A stretch of DNA of 64,000 nucleotides from the human T2T-CHM13v2.0 reference genome, Homo sapiens (GCF_009914755.1 NC_060938.1), one strand, 5' to 3'. Counted from the first letter of the stretch, positions 32,326-47,745 are shown. The notes: generated from the sequence alone by a model not told the origin. Translations and numbers: made by a program.

Positions 32326-33450
32326 TGAAGTTGACTTAATTTTCCATTGTTTTGGGCTTTAATCAAAAGGAAAAAATATTTTTAACAGTTGACAGACCAG
32401 TCAGCTATCTGAGATTGACCTATAATTAAAATCATAAAATGTTATGCATCATGAAATATGCTGAAAACGTCTAGTATGTTATCTTCTAAGCACTCCATGA
32501 GGGCTAATTCATTTTACCTATAACTAATTTCCAGTAGAAAGAGAGTTACCATACTTCTGAGCATACTGACAAGTCTTTCAGTTTCATGAAGGCTAAGTGA
32601 TTGAACAGGAACTACTATCTCGGCAGTTATGTATATAAATTCTTTGAAGAAATTCTACAATTGAAGGGCCTAGATTTCCACAGTTATTTTATTTCACCAT
32701 GATAGATCTGCTGAGTAGAAATAAGACTCCCCTCTTTATCCAGCCTTCAAGTTCAGTCATATATTTTTTTATTTGAAATGAACTAAAGCTGATTTAGAGC
32801 GGACATGCCTTTTGGAATGCCCTGAGGTCTTTCATTTCTTGAATGATATGCTAAGGTTTGGAATCTACCCAAACCTCCTCGAAGAACCCTCTGCAAAGTT
32901 TAATCTAATTTAAATTTACTTATTCCTCAGCATAAAGTGCTCTTTCTTATTTCTCTTTGTTTTTTCGAGTGAGCACATGGACATATTTTTGTGTTTCTAA
33001 ACATTTGGATGCTGGAACAATATAAAAAGAAAAAATACTACATATTTTATTCTAGTCATGTTAAAAGTTGTGGCAGAAAAATATAATTCTTAGAACTCCT
33101 GGCCCTGGTATTATGCAAATCATTTCACAATATGCAAATAATTAAGCTGCAGTGTAATCACAGTTCCTACCAAATGTTTCTCCGATTATTAGACACATTC
33201 TTAAAAGTGATGGACCTGAAGTTTCACTTTATCTTCTATCCATTTCTGTGTACTGATTACATTTAAATCTTTGCTTTGCAAATAAAAGTAGTATTAGAAC
33301 ATGTATTTGCCAAAAATATGTGTGTAAACAAGTATAATTTTGCAGGCATAAAGCAGAGTATAAATATATAACAAGTCTTTAGGTAAATTATTAAACATGC
33401 ATCTGCTGTTTCCAGCTCTACTTCCAGGAATTTGTGAGTGTAATACATGA

Positions 33451-33633
<183 letters not shown>

Positions 33634-33635
33634 AA

Positions 33636-33797
33636 TTTTTTTATTATTACTATACTTTAAGTTTTAGGGTACATGTGCACAATGTGCAGGTTTGTTACAT
33701 ATGTATACATGTGCCATGTTGGTGTGCTGCACCCATTAACTTGTCATTTACATTAGGTATATCTCTTAATGCTATCCCTCCCCCCTCCCCCCACCCC
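33636..33797 (-). mobile_element. 5'-truncated L1PA 3' end (~160 bp)
   Basis: TATACTTTAAGTTTTAGGGTACATGTGCAC...CCCTCCCCCCACCCC; TSD CCAGAATTTTTT (33630-33641, 33796-33807). Confidence 0.93.
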
Positions 33798-33994
33798 AGA
33801 ATTTTTTAAACAAACAAAAAAAAAGTGTTCAACTCTTTCTGAGCCTATATGGTGATTGACTACAAATTGATTAACTTCTCTAAATTTAAAATTTAAACAT
33901 ACACAGTTTTTAGTTGGCCAGGATACTTTTGAAGAAAATAAAGATGATGGAAGAACATGTAGTGTTAAACAACTAAATAAAAAATGGTTTTCCA

Positions 33995-34305
33995 GGCCAG
34001 GCTCAGTGGCTCATGCCTATAATTCCAGCACTTTGGGAGACTGAGGCAGAGGATTGCTTGATTCCAGGAGTTCAAGACCAGCCTGGACAACATAGTAAGA
34101 CCTCATCTCTACAAAAAATAAAAATAAAAAACAAAATTAGCCACGCATGTAGTCCTAGCTACTTAGGAGGCTGAGGTGGGAGGACCATTTGAGCCTGTGA
34201 GCTCAAGGCTGCAGCAAGCCGTGATTGTGCCACTGCAGCAAGCCATGATCGTGCCACTACACTCTAGCCTAAGCAACAGAGTGAGAGCCTGTCAAAAAAA
34301 AAAAA
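33995..34305 (+). mobile_element. Alu (J-type) with an internal ~24-bp tandem duplication
   Basis: Alu consensus; GCAGCAAGCC(G/A)TGAT(T/C)GTGCCACT twice at about 34211-34258. Confidence 0.9.
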
Positions 34306-35719
34306 TCTTTCCAGTAGTAATAACAGTGAAATAACTGTGAAGGGATTGCAGTGCATGAGGATCCATCCTTAAAAACACCTACCACAGGCATACTCCACCT
34401 ACTCTCTAGGTTTCATATCTACTTGTGCTGGGGTTGTTCCTCCTACCAATAGTTCTCTGGTTCTACCACTGCATCATTCTAGGGAGAAACAGTCCCCTTC
34501 CTGTTCCTCTCTCCCCGCTCCCACTTTTACCCAAGAAAATTTCAGCTATGCATTTTGCTTTCAATAATACCTGAATGAGAAAGTCCTTGAAATAAGAGAA
34601 GGATGTATTATATGTCAAAATGAGCTATTCATCCCTGGTGATCATTAGAGTGTCACAAGAGAAGAAATGTACCCAGGAGGGTCTTGCAAAATTTCAACTC
34701 TGGGAAATGTGTTCTATCTAAAGACTCTCCATCATTTCAGCAGCCCATTCATTTACTCAAAAATATTTATCAGGTGCCATTATATCCAGCACTGTGTTAA
34801 CATCAGCAAGACATTAAATCTTAAAAGTAGTTTCTTATTCTACACTTATGTTGACACATTTAGGTGGGGCCTTAAATTCTCTACTCAGCTAAATGCTTTA
34901 GTTCTCTTCTAAGTAATTTGTCATTTTCCGTCACATTTAAGTGGGTTTTATTTTTTATCAATAGAATTCTACCATATATAATGACATTTACGTAAAAGTT
35001 CAAATCATGAGAAATAGCGATAGCAAAATCCAAGCATTACAGATTTAAATATTCTTCCGGAATTAAATTACTGGAGTTAAACTTCTAGATTCCAGACTCA
35101 CAGTTTCAAGAACTAAATTTCAGCTTTGACTACCCTCAAAGTCTAATCAAGCCCTATGTCTTCATAGAATAACTTGCGTTTCTTTTCGTGATCCAGAAAA
35201 GGAGGAAATGGCCATAATCTGCCCTCACTACAAACTCTAGCATCACGGGAATTTTCCCAGGCGGCTTTGTGGCAGTCTAAGGAGGCTCCAAGCATGTTAT
35301 AACTGCTATTCATTTAACGTCTATAGTGCCAAGCACTTTACATTCAAGACTTTGGCTAATTTTAAGCTTCCCTTGCAGTCTAAATATTGTAGTTCCTATT
35401 TTCCCGAAGAGGAAATCGAGGCTCAGAGATGTTAACTTGACTCAAACCAATGCAATTTGTGTGTGCCAGCGATGCATCTGTGACATTGCCCCATCAATTC
35501 TCTCCACAATGTGTTTGTACGTTTAAGAAAGAAAAAACAATCATCCGTGAAGGTTGAGGAGAGAGATGGGGGTTGATAATGTTGTCTGAGAAAGATTTCT
35601 GAACACAAGGGGAAATTTAAAAAGAAAATTCTGTAACAAAACAAACCAGTCGCAGCTGTTTGGGTTAAGGGGGAAAACTCGCCTTGAGGGGTCCTGGGTA
35701 TACTTCCTCCTATCTACGG

Positions 35720-36600
35720 CTAGGCTGCGCCTGCATCAGGCGTGGTGATTGGCAGGCGCCTACGGCCCACGCAGAGATGGCCGCGTGGGGGTCGGAGCGC
35801 CAACTTCTCAGCTCCCCTTCTCCCATGACCCTCACCCCCCACACCATCTTCAGCCGCCCACTGGGAGCTTCCTCCACCCCTACCCCCCAGTGCCGGCGAG
35901 GCCCCCTGGCAGATGGAAGCTGCTGACTGATGGGGGCTGCCGAGCGCGAGGGAGCTGAGTGAGGCCCTTGCGCCCTAGGCGGTTGCACCCCGGACCCCTG
36001 CAGCTGTGGACGCCGGAGCTGTGCGCAGTCATCCTGAGCCAGCCCGCGGGGCCCGATCGGAAGGGACGCCTCTCCTAAGAGCTGGCCTGGAGTCCTGGAG
36101 CCTCCAAGCGGGCAAGTAGGGGCCGCAAAGGCTGGGCTGGGCCTCCGCTGAGGCCCTCGGGGGCCTCTGGGCCCTCATGGCCTGGAGGCCGCGCGGCCCA
36201 AGCCCCTAGAGCAGAGGCCGCGCTAGCCTGCAGGGGTCGACGCAGGGCCGGAGGCAGCGGCTTTTCCTTCCCACTCCGGGTTGACCCTAAAGACACGATT
36301 TAACGTGGCGGCGGCAGCTGCCCACGCTGTCTGGAGGAGCAGGGCGCCTGGGATGCGGCGGCGAAACTGGCCCGGAGGGGGGCCCAGGCCTCACGCGCCC
36401 GGCTCTCTCCCAGCTCTCCTCCTCCTCCTTCTCGGGCTCAGAAAGCCTTCCAGCCGCGGCCCCAGCCCTCCCCCCGGCCTGTGCTGGGCTCCGCTTTCCC
36501 TCCATCAACTCCAAGCCGAATTCAATCCGAGAAGGCTCCTTTGAGCTTTTGTGTTTGCTGGGGGAGATGTGGGCGCAGGAGGGATCGCGTTACAACTTTC
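35720..36600. promoter_or_regulatory. CpG island about 8 kb 3' of the SIX1 stop codon
   Basis: High GC and CpG density, no repeat. Confidence 0.8.
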
Positions 36601-37734
36601 ATTTCCTGAAATGTTTGAGGGAACATCCAGGGTTTTTATCCCCACATCAGGCCGGGCGATGGGCTCGAGTTTCAGGCCTTGTCACTCAGCTGTCACCAAA
36701 CAAACGAAGCTCTCAGAGCCCAGGAGAGGGAGAGCTACCTGCTATTCATGACCCCTGGAGCAGGTGATCGCTCATGGGAAAAACAGGTAGAATTAATCAT
36801 AGGACTGTTCTCTGTTTCCTCTCCTTTTTGGCAGACCTGCCCACAGTGCGAAACCTATCAGCAAACAAATTAACTCTTTCTTGTCACCCAGGGGAATTAA
36901 AAATACGGTTTTAGAAAATAACTAAAACACACACGTTTCTCACCAAATGACAAAATGGGAGTTGGAAGGAACATCTTACATCCCGCCCTACCTTGCAATT
37001 TCTTAGTTTGTGGGATTCTCATCTTGGTAGGATTTAGAACTTGGGGAAACTGGTAGAGAATGAGGCATTCTCATGTTACCTGGTCCTACTACTGGATGGA
37101 GCCCCAGGTGTGGTCCCTGAACTCAGGTAGATTTCAACATCTCCTTCTTGGCTGGGTGTCAATGCAGTTGGGCTTGATCCTACTAAAACAGAAAATCTCT
37201 ACTCCAACAGGAATTTCTAAGAAATTTCTGTAAATTAGTGTTTTGCTTCCCCCAGCCTCTTCCCTAAGTCAATCATGTTGAGCATCCATGTTGGCTTCTG
37301 TGTTAGAAAATCCAAATGCTTTTGAAATCTCCCCATTCATTTCAATTCTAACTTAATCCTAACAGTTTTTTTAAAAAAAATTACTTCTTGCCTTAGTTGA
37401 ACTAAGAAAGTTCAGCATACTGGCGTTGTTTTTGTAGATACTGTTTAATGGCTACTTATTAAATATTACAATACAAATTTCAAAGTGTATCTTTATTTTG
37501 TTTAGTTCTACTTTTCCCTTTTTTACATCTCTTTCCCTTCCCTAGAAAATAGAAAGAAAGAAAGAAAAAGAGGAAATTCATCTGGACTTGCTTCTAAGAT
37601 ATATTGATACTGGAAAAGTTAGGCAAGATGGCTTGGGAATCTTCAACCAGACTGATTTTTTTTTTTTTTTAAGTAGAAATATGGTAAGGGGCCAGTATTG
37701 TCATTCTGCCTTTCAGTTCTTCCATAAAAGTTTT

Positions 37735-37739
37735 GTGTG

Positions 37740-37794
<55 letters not shown>

Positions 37795-37800
37795 GAGAGG
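37735..37800. repeat. Compound (TG)n(AG)n(ACAG)n microsatellite
   Basis: Direct reading. Confidence 0.95.
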
Positions 37801-40279
37801 AATCAGGAGATATACTGTACGTAAAATAATCCTCCTGGTCCTCTTCATGAAGATTTTGTCTGTTTATTTTTAAAATAGCCATTGGTTCCAGATTCCCAGA
37901 GCTGATTTTCTTAGATTAGCTATTTGTACTCAGAGGTAGAGCCCTGAGCAATATTATTCTTCAATTAAAATCAAGAACTTGACTTTAGGAGGAAGCATGT
38001 TATGTTTATATAACATCTGCAATGCATAGAAAATATTCACCACACATATCTGAAGACAAAGCTTCAATTGTTTAAATGTTCTTTTCACTTCATAGATACT
38101 AAGGCATGTTGATCTTCTATCGAGCTTAATTTTTTAAAAAGCTTGTTACCTACTTTCATCTCCAAGGCATTTTAAATAAATACAGAGCTAATGCTGTCTT
38201 CCTTGTAACTACCTCCTTGATTTAAAGGTAAAATTACCTTTTGTAAAGTATTGCAGGCTGCCATCTCACCCTCATACATGTGCATTTTCTCTACAAGCAC
38301 TCCACCAAGTCCCCACCACTACCAGTCCCCACCACTATCACAGGCAAAAGTGCTGCAAAAGTTAAGAGGAATATGACTGCATACAGAGTTTAATATAATA
38401 GCTGTGTGAAGGCCAACACAAAATGTCACAATTACATGGGTTTGGTTTGGTTTGTTGGCTCTTTTGGGGGGTGGAAGGGAAGAGGTAAGGAGGTGTTCAC
38501 AATCCCATTGTCTTTTCCTGGTATTTAGACTATTTGGAAAACTGGCAACTCAAATTAAAACTGAATTATTGCAAAGCAACTAAAGTTTTTCCTTGAGGGG
38601 GAAAAAAAGGAGAGTAGTTAAGTTTGTAAAAACACTTAATAACAAGAAAAGAACATCTAGAAGGTTGATTTTACAGGCATCCTGGCTGGCATCTGCAGAT
38701 TTTCTATCAAGGATGTCTATGAAATGTTCTTTAACATTTCAATATTCTTTAAGAATCCTGACACTTAATGGCTTATGTCAGTAAAAATATGTAGTCTAGA
38801 CTGTTTTTTCCCCCCTTTAATATCCCACATGCATATCAGCTCAGGTCTTAAACCACCACCAACCCCCCACTGCTCCCCTCCCCCCACCACCAAAGAATGT
38901 TTCTACTGTAAATAAGCCATGGCATTTTAAAACCAATAATCAATTTTAAATCACTAATTAAAATAAATTATATAGAAACTTAAAGTAAATTTGCCTTGTG
39001 TTAATCCACGAGTGTTTCTACTTGGGTCTACTTATGTCAGTCTCATAAAACACTGATCTTCTAAGTTAGCATGGAAAGGACGGGACCAGATGAAGGGAGG
39101 TGGTATACATTTCCATGCCTTATTATAGTAACTAATTTCCATGCCTTATTATAGTAAGCAAAGAGCCAGAGTCTCTCTGTCTACTTATTTATCTTTTTAA
39201 TGGCAACCACTAATGGCAGTAAAGAAGGGAGAGTACCCAATATCACCTAACCATACTTTAATTACAGTTGGGTAGCCACTTCAGGTAAGCTTAAGTATGT
39301 GTTAAATCTGAAGGTAACTGTTTTCTCTTTCCAAGATAAGATTGTTTGAGTTTTGGGTTTTAGGTTTTTGCTTGTTCCTGCATTTTTCTGTTTAATCACA
39401 AAAAAAAAAGAATGTTATTTCAAGAATATTTAACATATGGCAAAGGAAAACAGTGAGCACTCTCCCGAAAGGAGAGGGGAGGAGGGAAGATTCTCAGGTA
39501 GCAAAGCGGGAGGGAGCAAACCTTAAGGTGATGGGTTGGACTCTATCTGCTGAGAACTGGGGTCTCAGCTGTCCATTAACAAGTTAAAAGGCGAGAAACT
39601 TAAACTCCATTGGAGAAGAGACAGGCGTCCACGCGCCTCAAGCAGTCTCTTTCTCTTTGTTTTTAAACGCTACTGCAGTGTTGTTTCTCGCTGTCTGAAA
39701 GGACCACAGCGTCTAAAACCCTGATTGTCATCCTCAGTGGGAGAACAGGTTTCCAATTTCATCAGCTGGACCCAAGTTGTGTGTGTGAGTACTTGGTTTA
39801 AAATATTAGAGAAAATGCAGCCTTTCCAGGGCAGCGCTTTTTCTGGGTAGACCAATAGCCAACAACTCGCCTATGATTTTGGCTATTTTTGTTCCTGGCT
39901 GGCTCACACCACTCGTATCTAACTCAACCCCTTTAGATATTCTTCCAGGTGGAATTATTGGATTCGGTCAGAATGGGGGAGGGGCCACTATGCCCTTAAG
40001 AGGCTCAGAAGTGCCTACCTGGCTAAGGTCGCGGAACACGCGTGCAGGCGATGAGACTGAGCCTTCGGGTCCCTCAGTGTGAATTGTCCATGGGGGCGCG
40101 GTGGGGACACACACTAGTGCGCTGGCTTCGGGCAGCTGAAGGAGGTAGTCTCCGAGAGTTTTTAGAGTCCCCTCCAAGGGAAAGCTTGGAAAAAAGAGAA
40201 ATGGAGCGGAGAGAGCACGTGGGCTACCAGCGACCACCCTCACCTTAAACCTAACCCACCTGTCCCTGTCAACGCCACC

Positions 40280-41700
40280 CTAACAAATCAGGGCAGAAGG
40301 TGAGCCGCGACAGCCTGACCCGAAGCGCGCTGCAGACCTAGGCTGGTGCCTTCCCCTTGGGGCCAGGGCTGTGCGTGGGGGACAAGGCCGCTGCTCTCCC
40401 TAGGGCCGCTGGCTAAGAAGGAAATACCTGACCTGGCCCCACCAAGAAAGTGGAGCTCCTCCACCCCCAGTTCTGCTGGAGACACTAGAAGCCAGGGCCC
40501 CTCTCTCTGCCGCGGGAAGTTCTAGCGACAAGCCCAGAAAGTGACGTCCTCTCTACCTGGCAACCCTCCTCAGAGCGCGCGGGTGAAGAGTTTGGGTCCG
40601 AAAACCAAAGCCAAGACCCCAGGAAGCGAAGAAGGAGACAGGAGGTGTCTGAAGCAAGAAGGGCACTGGAGAATCGGCAGCAGGGCCTAGGCCGCCTCCG
40701 AACCAGGATCCAAGGCCTGCGCCATCTGCCCTGTGCGGGAAGCGCGGGGCCTGGGAGCCAGGGAGCGCTCACACCTGCGGTCGGGCAGGAGGCGCAACGC
40801 GCTGCCAGGGCGGCTTTATCCTGCCGCCACAGGGCGGGGACCAGCCCGGCAGCCGGGTGTCCAGCGCCGCTCACGTGCCTCGCCTGGAGCTTAGCTCTCA
40901 GACTCCGAAGAGGGCGACTGAGACTTGGGCCTGGGAGTTGGCTTCGGGGTACCCAAGGCGACGACAGCTGAGTTGTACCACGAAGCTCAGGCCGAGGCCT
41001 CCTCCCTTGTCTGGCCTTCGAATCCATACTGGCAGCCTCTCCTCTCAGGCACTCCGCGGGCCGGGCCACTAGGCCCCCTGCTCCTGGAGCTGCGCTATGA
41101 TCCGGGTCTTGAGATGCGCGCGATTCTCTCTGAACCGGTGGAGAGGAGGCTCTGCCCCGCGCGGAGCGAGGACAGCGGCGCCCGAGCTTCCCGCGCCTCT
41201 CCAGGGCCCAATGGCAAGAACAGCCTCCGAAGTGCGCGGATGACAGGAAAAGATCTTCAGTTCTTCTGCCGCTAGAGAAGCGCGGGATACAAGCCTCTAT
41301 TGGATCCACAACCTGGAGTCCTGCCTTCGGACTTTGCCAAAGACTTGCAGGCGGTGGGGAGGCAGTAGGAAATGAAGCCCCCTCCAGCCTCAGCCGCCGC
41401 CGCGTTCGGTGCAGCAGCAGCAGTGCCACTGCCACAGAGCAGAGGAAGGCCCGCTCCGCGCGAGTTCTGTGCCAGGTGTCCCGTTGGCCCTCAGCGGACA
41501 AGGGAGAGCCGCTAATAAGGGTCGCTGCTCAGCAAACTCAGAGCTCATCCATAAGTGCCAACGCCACTGCTTCTTTCTGGAAGCTTCCACTCCGGCCCGG
41601 GGTCCGGCCCCAGCCACGCTGTCCTAGCCCAGAGAACAGGTTCAAGAACGGTGGTGCCCAGCCCCAGCGGTGCCCTTCTCCGTCCCTGTAGCTCGCTGGG
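40280..41700. promoter_or_regulatory. CpG island 3' of SIX1
   Basis: High GC and CpG density. Confidence 0.8.
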
Positions 41701-43154
41701 CTCTTGAGCCCCTACCCACTAAGCCAAAAATTCGGGAACCGGGAGCCAAACCCCTTGGCCTCTGAGAATTTAGGAAGCTTCGTTTTCAGCCAAGAGGTCA
41801 AGGCGAGCAGAGAGTGGGGACTCGAACAATCGCGTGTTTAGGTTTAAAACGTTAAAAAATAAACATCACTCGAGTGTTTTTTTTTTTTTTTTCATTTCAC
41901 TTGGCACAATGCTGTATGGTTTCGTCCTACAAACTATTTATAAGCCGTTGTTCATTACTTTTGGCTACCGTTATGACATCTGTAGAGGAGAAACGAAAAG
42001 TGGCTTTAGATTCAGTTAAACTGCGACGCCCAGAAGGTAAACTGGAGGTCCCTTAACAGCTGGTTCTCGAAGATTTCCTCGAGGGAAGAAAAAAATATGG
42101 TTAGTTTCCCCTAATGATCTCTCTGAAATGATTGCCAAAAAAACTCAAAGCAATATCCAGCTTTCTCGCCTCCTCCTGCTCGCCCCTTTTACCCAGACTG
42201 AGCCGAGGATGGCGGAAGGAGGCACATTGTGCAATTTCTTATTAAACACATCTGGAATATGCGCGCTCTGGATTTAGTGCCAGGGGTTTTACAAAGAGTT
42301 TATGACTGTGACAGAAAATTGTCCTTTTAACAAGTTTACAAGCAGTAATCACGGGGGCTTTTACAGAACCAGCCCTCTTGCTCCTCGCCGGATCTGCAGA
42401 CATTTCCAAGATTCACCAACTAAGGGAGCAGGAAGTGGGCCGGGGCGCCCTGCGAGACACAACTTCCACGAGCCTAAAATTATCCCAGGCGGAGCTGGGA
42501 GAGTGGAGGGTAGTCACCGGAGTAGGAAGAGACGGCATGTAAGAAATTAAAGTAATTGGCCCTTCCTATTTTCCAGAGAGATTTCCGCAGCGTCCTTTGA
42601 AGCCTGTCAGGGTCATTGAAAGCTATCTTTGTGCAGGGTGTTTGTTTTGGGGAGTGAATGTGAAGAATGTGAGGAGATTCCCTGTGAGAGCCCCTCCTGC
42701 AGAGGGTGGCATTTCTCCGTGGCCCAAGACAGGGAGAATAAACACCCTAGTGACTTAAATAAACACCGACTTAATGATCCAAAACACTAACAAGGGAGAT
42801 TGGGACCCTGAGCTCCCAAACCAAATGATGGTCTCTGAGTGGCTGTGTGCACATCTGTCCATCACTGAGGGGGAAAAACGACTTTATAAGTAAAAGTGTG
42901 TACAGTTAAGTACAGTGACCATTTCTCCCTGGAACTCAAAGCTATTTGACAGTTTTAAAAAATAAGAAGGCCTTGATTTCCCCAAGCACACCTCAGTTTT
43001 CTAGACCAGAACAGAAATAGGAAAGAGTAAGAAAGAAATAATATATTAATGGTGACAATTATAGATGGGAAAAAATCAAAATTATGAAACTGTCATGTCA
43101 GAAAATAAATAGATTCTCCCTGGGGAACAATATTTTACAAAGCACAAGCAAGCC

Positions 43155-44741
43155 AATCCTGTTATCCTGAGTAGAATTTTAATAAATAATGCCATTTGTT
43201 TCACTAATTTTAAAAGCTAAATACAGAAGATACATCATTTTGCCCCAGGCAAAAATAATATGGAGCCTACATGATTACTGGGATTTTTCTAGACACCATC
43301 CGGCAGCACTGCAAAAGAGCTCCTGTCCTGCTGGTCTGCTTTCTATTTGTACAAATTAATTCACAATGTTTCTATCCTTGTTCTCCTTCCCTTTTTTGTC
43401 TTCAAGCAGATAAATTATTTTTACTTTCACAGTCTTGTCATAAACTTGTTAACACAAAAGAGCTTAGTTAACATATGAATGCTGTGAAGAGATAGTGGTA
43501 AACAAAATTGCATATCTAAATAATAGAAGTTAATAAATACCCCAAGGCTAAATTCACTCTTTCTGTCATATAATTAATCTAGTTACTACTCTTGGTTCAG
43601 ATGATGGCCTTCAAAGTACCCTGCAATTCACAGCCACCATTAAGTAAGAAAGAAAAATATATTTAAAAAAAAAAATAGGGCCCAATGACAGCAATACACC
43701 ACTCACCTTTCAGAAACAGAATCATACTCCTGGTGTTCTACTAAGTTTTAATTTAGACTGCTTTAGGTACAATAGAAAAGAAACCTGAAAACACATGCTG
43801 TTTTAGTAACAAATACCAGGTTGCCAGATTCGTTGGCATACCTTTGCAAACTAGAAACTAGAAACAGGAGAAACCCTTTACAGGAGTAGGCTACAGATAT
43901 GAAAGCTTTGAGGGCATGAGTAATGGCATTCAGGAAAGTGTTTTTTCACATTGGTACATTTTTAGAGTTTGTCATTTAAAAAAAAAAACCCAAGAAAACA
44001 AACAACAACCAAAAAATCCCACTAAATTTGACAAAAATAGTTGCATTACTAATGGTCACGTCTATTTCTGTCTCACATAGAGAGCATTAAGACATTTAGG
44101 CACTTGTTTTTTCCTCCTAATACTGGTCTTTTATTTTAATCTACATTAAATTGTTTAACACTAAATATGAAAAATGTAAACTTAATTTTTCCTCATCAAA
44201 GAAAGTTATAGATTGTATTTTTCCTGTTCACCTTAAGAATGTAATCAGTTCTTCTGAGCCTGGAGGCTCTTATTTTCACTATTTTTATCTCCCTTTCTCT
44301 TTCTCTTTCCATTTCCTTTCCCTCTTCACATTTCTCCATATATAAATTAAAAGGAAATAATGAAAATCCAGTTGATTTGCAATTCCCATTCATTGAAAAA
44401 AAAGAAAGCCTGCTGAAACAGGCGTATCAGTTGCCCAGAACTCAGACTGGGTGCCTGGGTGCTTTTGTTTGTTTGGGTTTTTTTTTTTTTTTTCCCTGAT
44501 CTCTGCATTGGGAAGGAAAATGCAAAAGTGGAAAGAGTTGGAGAGAAGAGGAGATTAAGCTTGAGATCGCTGTTGGTTTTGATTTTTAAAAAGATATTTG
44601 TGAAAGTCCACCATTCCTTTATGCGCAAACAACTCCAGAAACAAGCTGCAAAAATGTTCCTGATTTCTATTTACAAGTGTCCCTAGTCGCTGCAGTGGTT
44701 GCTGCTCCAGGAATCCCTTCGAGGCCCCAGTCCCTCCCCAC
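43155..44741 (-). other. SIX1: SIX1 3' UTR (3' end inferred)
   Basis: AT-rich sequence after the stop; minus-strand AATAAA at 44135-44130 and ATTAAA at 43183-43178. Confidence 0.65.
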
Positions 44742-45092
<351 letters not shown>

Positions 45093-47052
45093 TTAAAAAA
45101 AAAGTGTGAGATGGAGGGAGGGGAGCTGGAAGGAGGAAAGGGCCATTGTGCAATCTGTCACCAACCCAAATGGAGGAGCTCTACCCTTCCACCCATCCCC
45201 AAGGGTAATGGGGGAGGTGAGGAGTCAGAGGAACCTGGAGAAATGGAGAGCTACGGACAGAGCCTCCTGTTAGGAGCCAGGTCCTTTTCTCTTCCAGATT
45301 TCAGAAAGTGATAGATTAGCAGGATTTATTTGAAACATACAAAATATATGTTTTAAATTTTGTTCAAGCAGTTACATTTAAATACATATAAACTAGCAAC
45401 ATATTTAAATGTAACTGAAAATCTTTCAATAAATAGATATTGGTGATAAAGAAATGATAGAGGACAGAGTCCAATGCACAAATGTTTGGGGTGAATCAAG
45501 TCCATTGCCTTGTTCGCATATGAGGAGACAATTAAACATCCCGTTTTCCTGCCCCAGCCCAGAGTTGGTGGTTTTGCAGACACAGAACAGGTCATGGGAA
45601 GTGGTGCCCAGCGCGGCCCAGTGACCTGAGTAAACACAGGGAGCGCAGCCAGTCTCTGATTTCATCTGGAGTCGGCCCTCGGGCCTGGCTTATAGGACGG
45701 CCGTTTTGTAACTAAAGGCTAACTGCAACCATACAATCCCTGTTCCTGTGTTACTTGCTAACTCTTCAGCCCCTCGTGTCCCCCTCTCAAACTTCCTACC
45801 AACACCCACCCCAACCCATCCTTTCTGGGCAGGGGAAACTTCGCCGCCCCGCACAGGCTGCCAGCGGGCGCGGCGCGCTGGGGCGTCAGTCCGGGCACTC
45901 GGTACCGGTTAACTTCAGGATTTCGCTTCCCTCGCCGCTTCCGCCTTCCGAGTGCTCGTCAGTCCTCCCGACTCCTAGCGCCTGTCTGTCTCCTTTCTTT
46001 CCCCTTATCCTCACAGTCTCTGTCTCCCGACAAGCCCATTTCAGCAGAATTTATCCTGGCTCTGGTTTTCCACCAAGACAAGAAAGGGAGCAAGATCTTC
46101 GGCCCCTAGTCTTGGAAGCGAACAAAGGAAAACCTAACCGGCCCCTGCGCTCAGGTTTTCCCCCAAACTCTTTGGCTTCGCGGAGCGCTCTCCCCGCCAC
46201 AGCCACCTCCCCACCGTCCTTCTGAATCTCTGTCCGAAACGCTATAGAGAACAGAAGGAGCCTGCCCAGGTGGCCGAAGGTGTTGCCCCGAGGTGGGGGA
46301 AAGTAGAGACCAATTTTTAAAATATTGCCTTGTGAGCTCCAGTGCGAGAGAGGGCTGCGACTGGAGACCCTTTCCTCGTCTGGGCATGCGGCGCGGTCAG
46401 CCAGACCGACGGGCTGCAGTGCCGGGCCACGCGCGAGCGAGCACGGCGAGGATCAACCCTTTCTTAATTTGGGGCGCCGGGGAGTAAATGCAGCGCCAAC
46501 TCTCCCCAAAGCTCTCTTTTTGTTGTATCTTTAAAAGTCTCCTCCATTTGTCCAGCTAGTGAGAAATGAAGCAGGCTACCTCTAAACCAAAAGACTATCA
46601 AGAGAGAGCTGTGGAGAACCAGGCGGGAGTGGGGGCAGAGCCAATGTCTCAGGCCAGCTTCACCCCTCTGGGGAGCAAGAGGAGAGAGGTTCGCGAACCT
46701 CAGCTCCCACCAAACCCCTTTCCTTGCGACACCAATCAACATTTCACTGCCCGTTGATTTAGAAACTCACTCTCCACCCACCACTCATAGCCGCGGCCAG
46801 CCAGGGAGGCATAAAGACCAAATCTAGCGCCAATATTTCCCGACACTCACATCCCAGAGAAACCCACGCGCGGGTGCTCAAAGCAAATGAGGCCCCATCC
46901 TTAGCAAGGAACCTCAGAGTTCATGAACTTTCGCTGCAGCGCCGCGGAGGGCCTGCGCGCCGCCCCGTGGACGGGCTCCGGCCGGCGGGGAGGACTTGGT
47001 GGCTGGTGCCTGCGGGGGCGGGAGGGGGCGGAGGAGAAAGGACGGCTTCCTA

Positions 47053-47745
<693 letters not shown>

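Noticed and set aside
35895-35915. Additional CTCF-like motifs (also near 41075, 48825 and 52540)
   Set aside because: Each misses core consensus positions; expected by chance in GC-rich DNA
37600-38900. Named lncRNA or miRNA genes reported near SIX1
   Set aside because: Cannot be located or supported from sequence alone
40485-41501. 338-aa minus-strand ORF
   Set aside because: Begins at TTG, lies in a CpG island where stops are rare, R/A/P/S/G-rich, no recognisable domain
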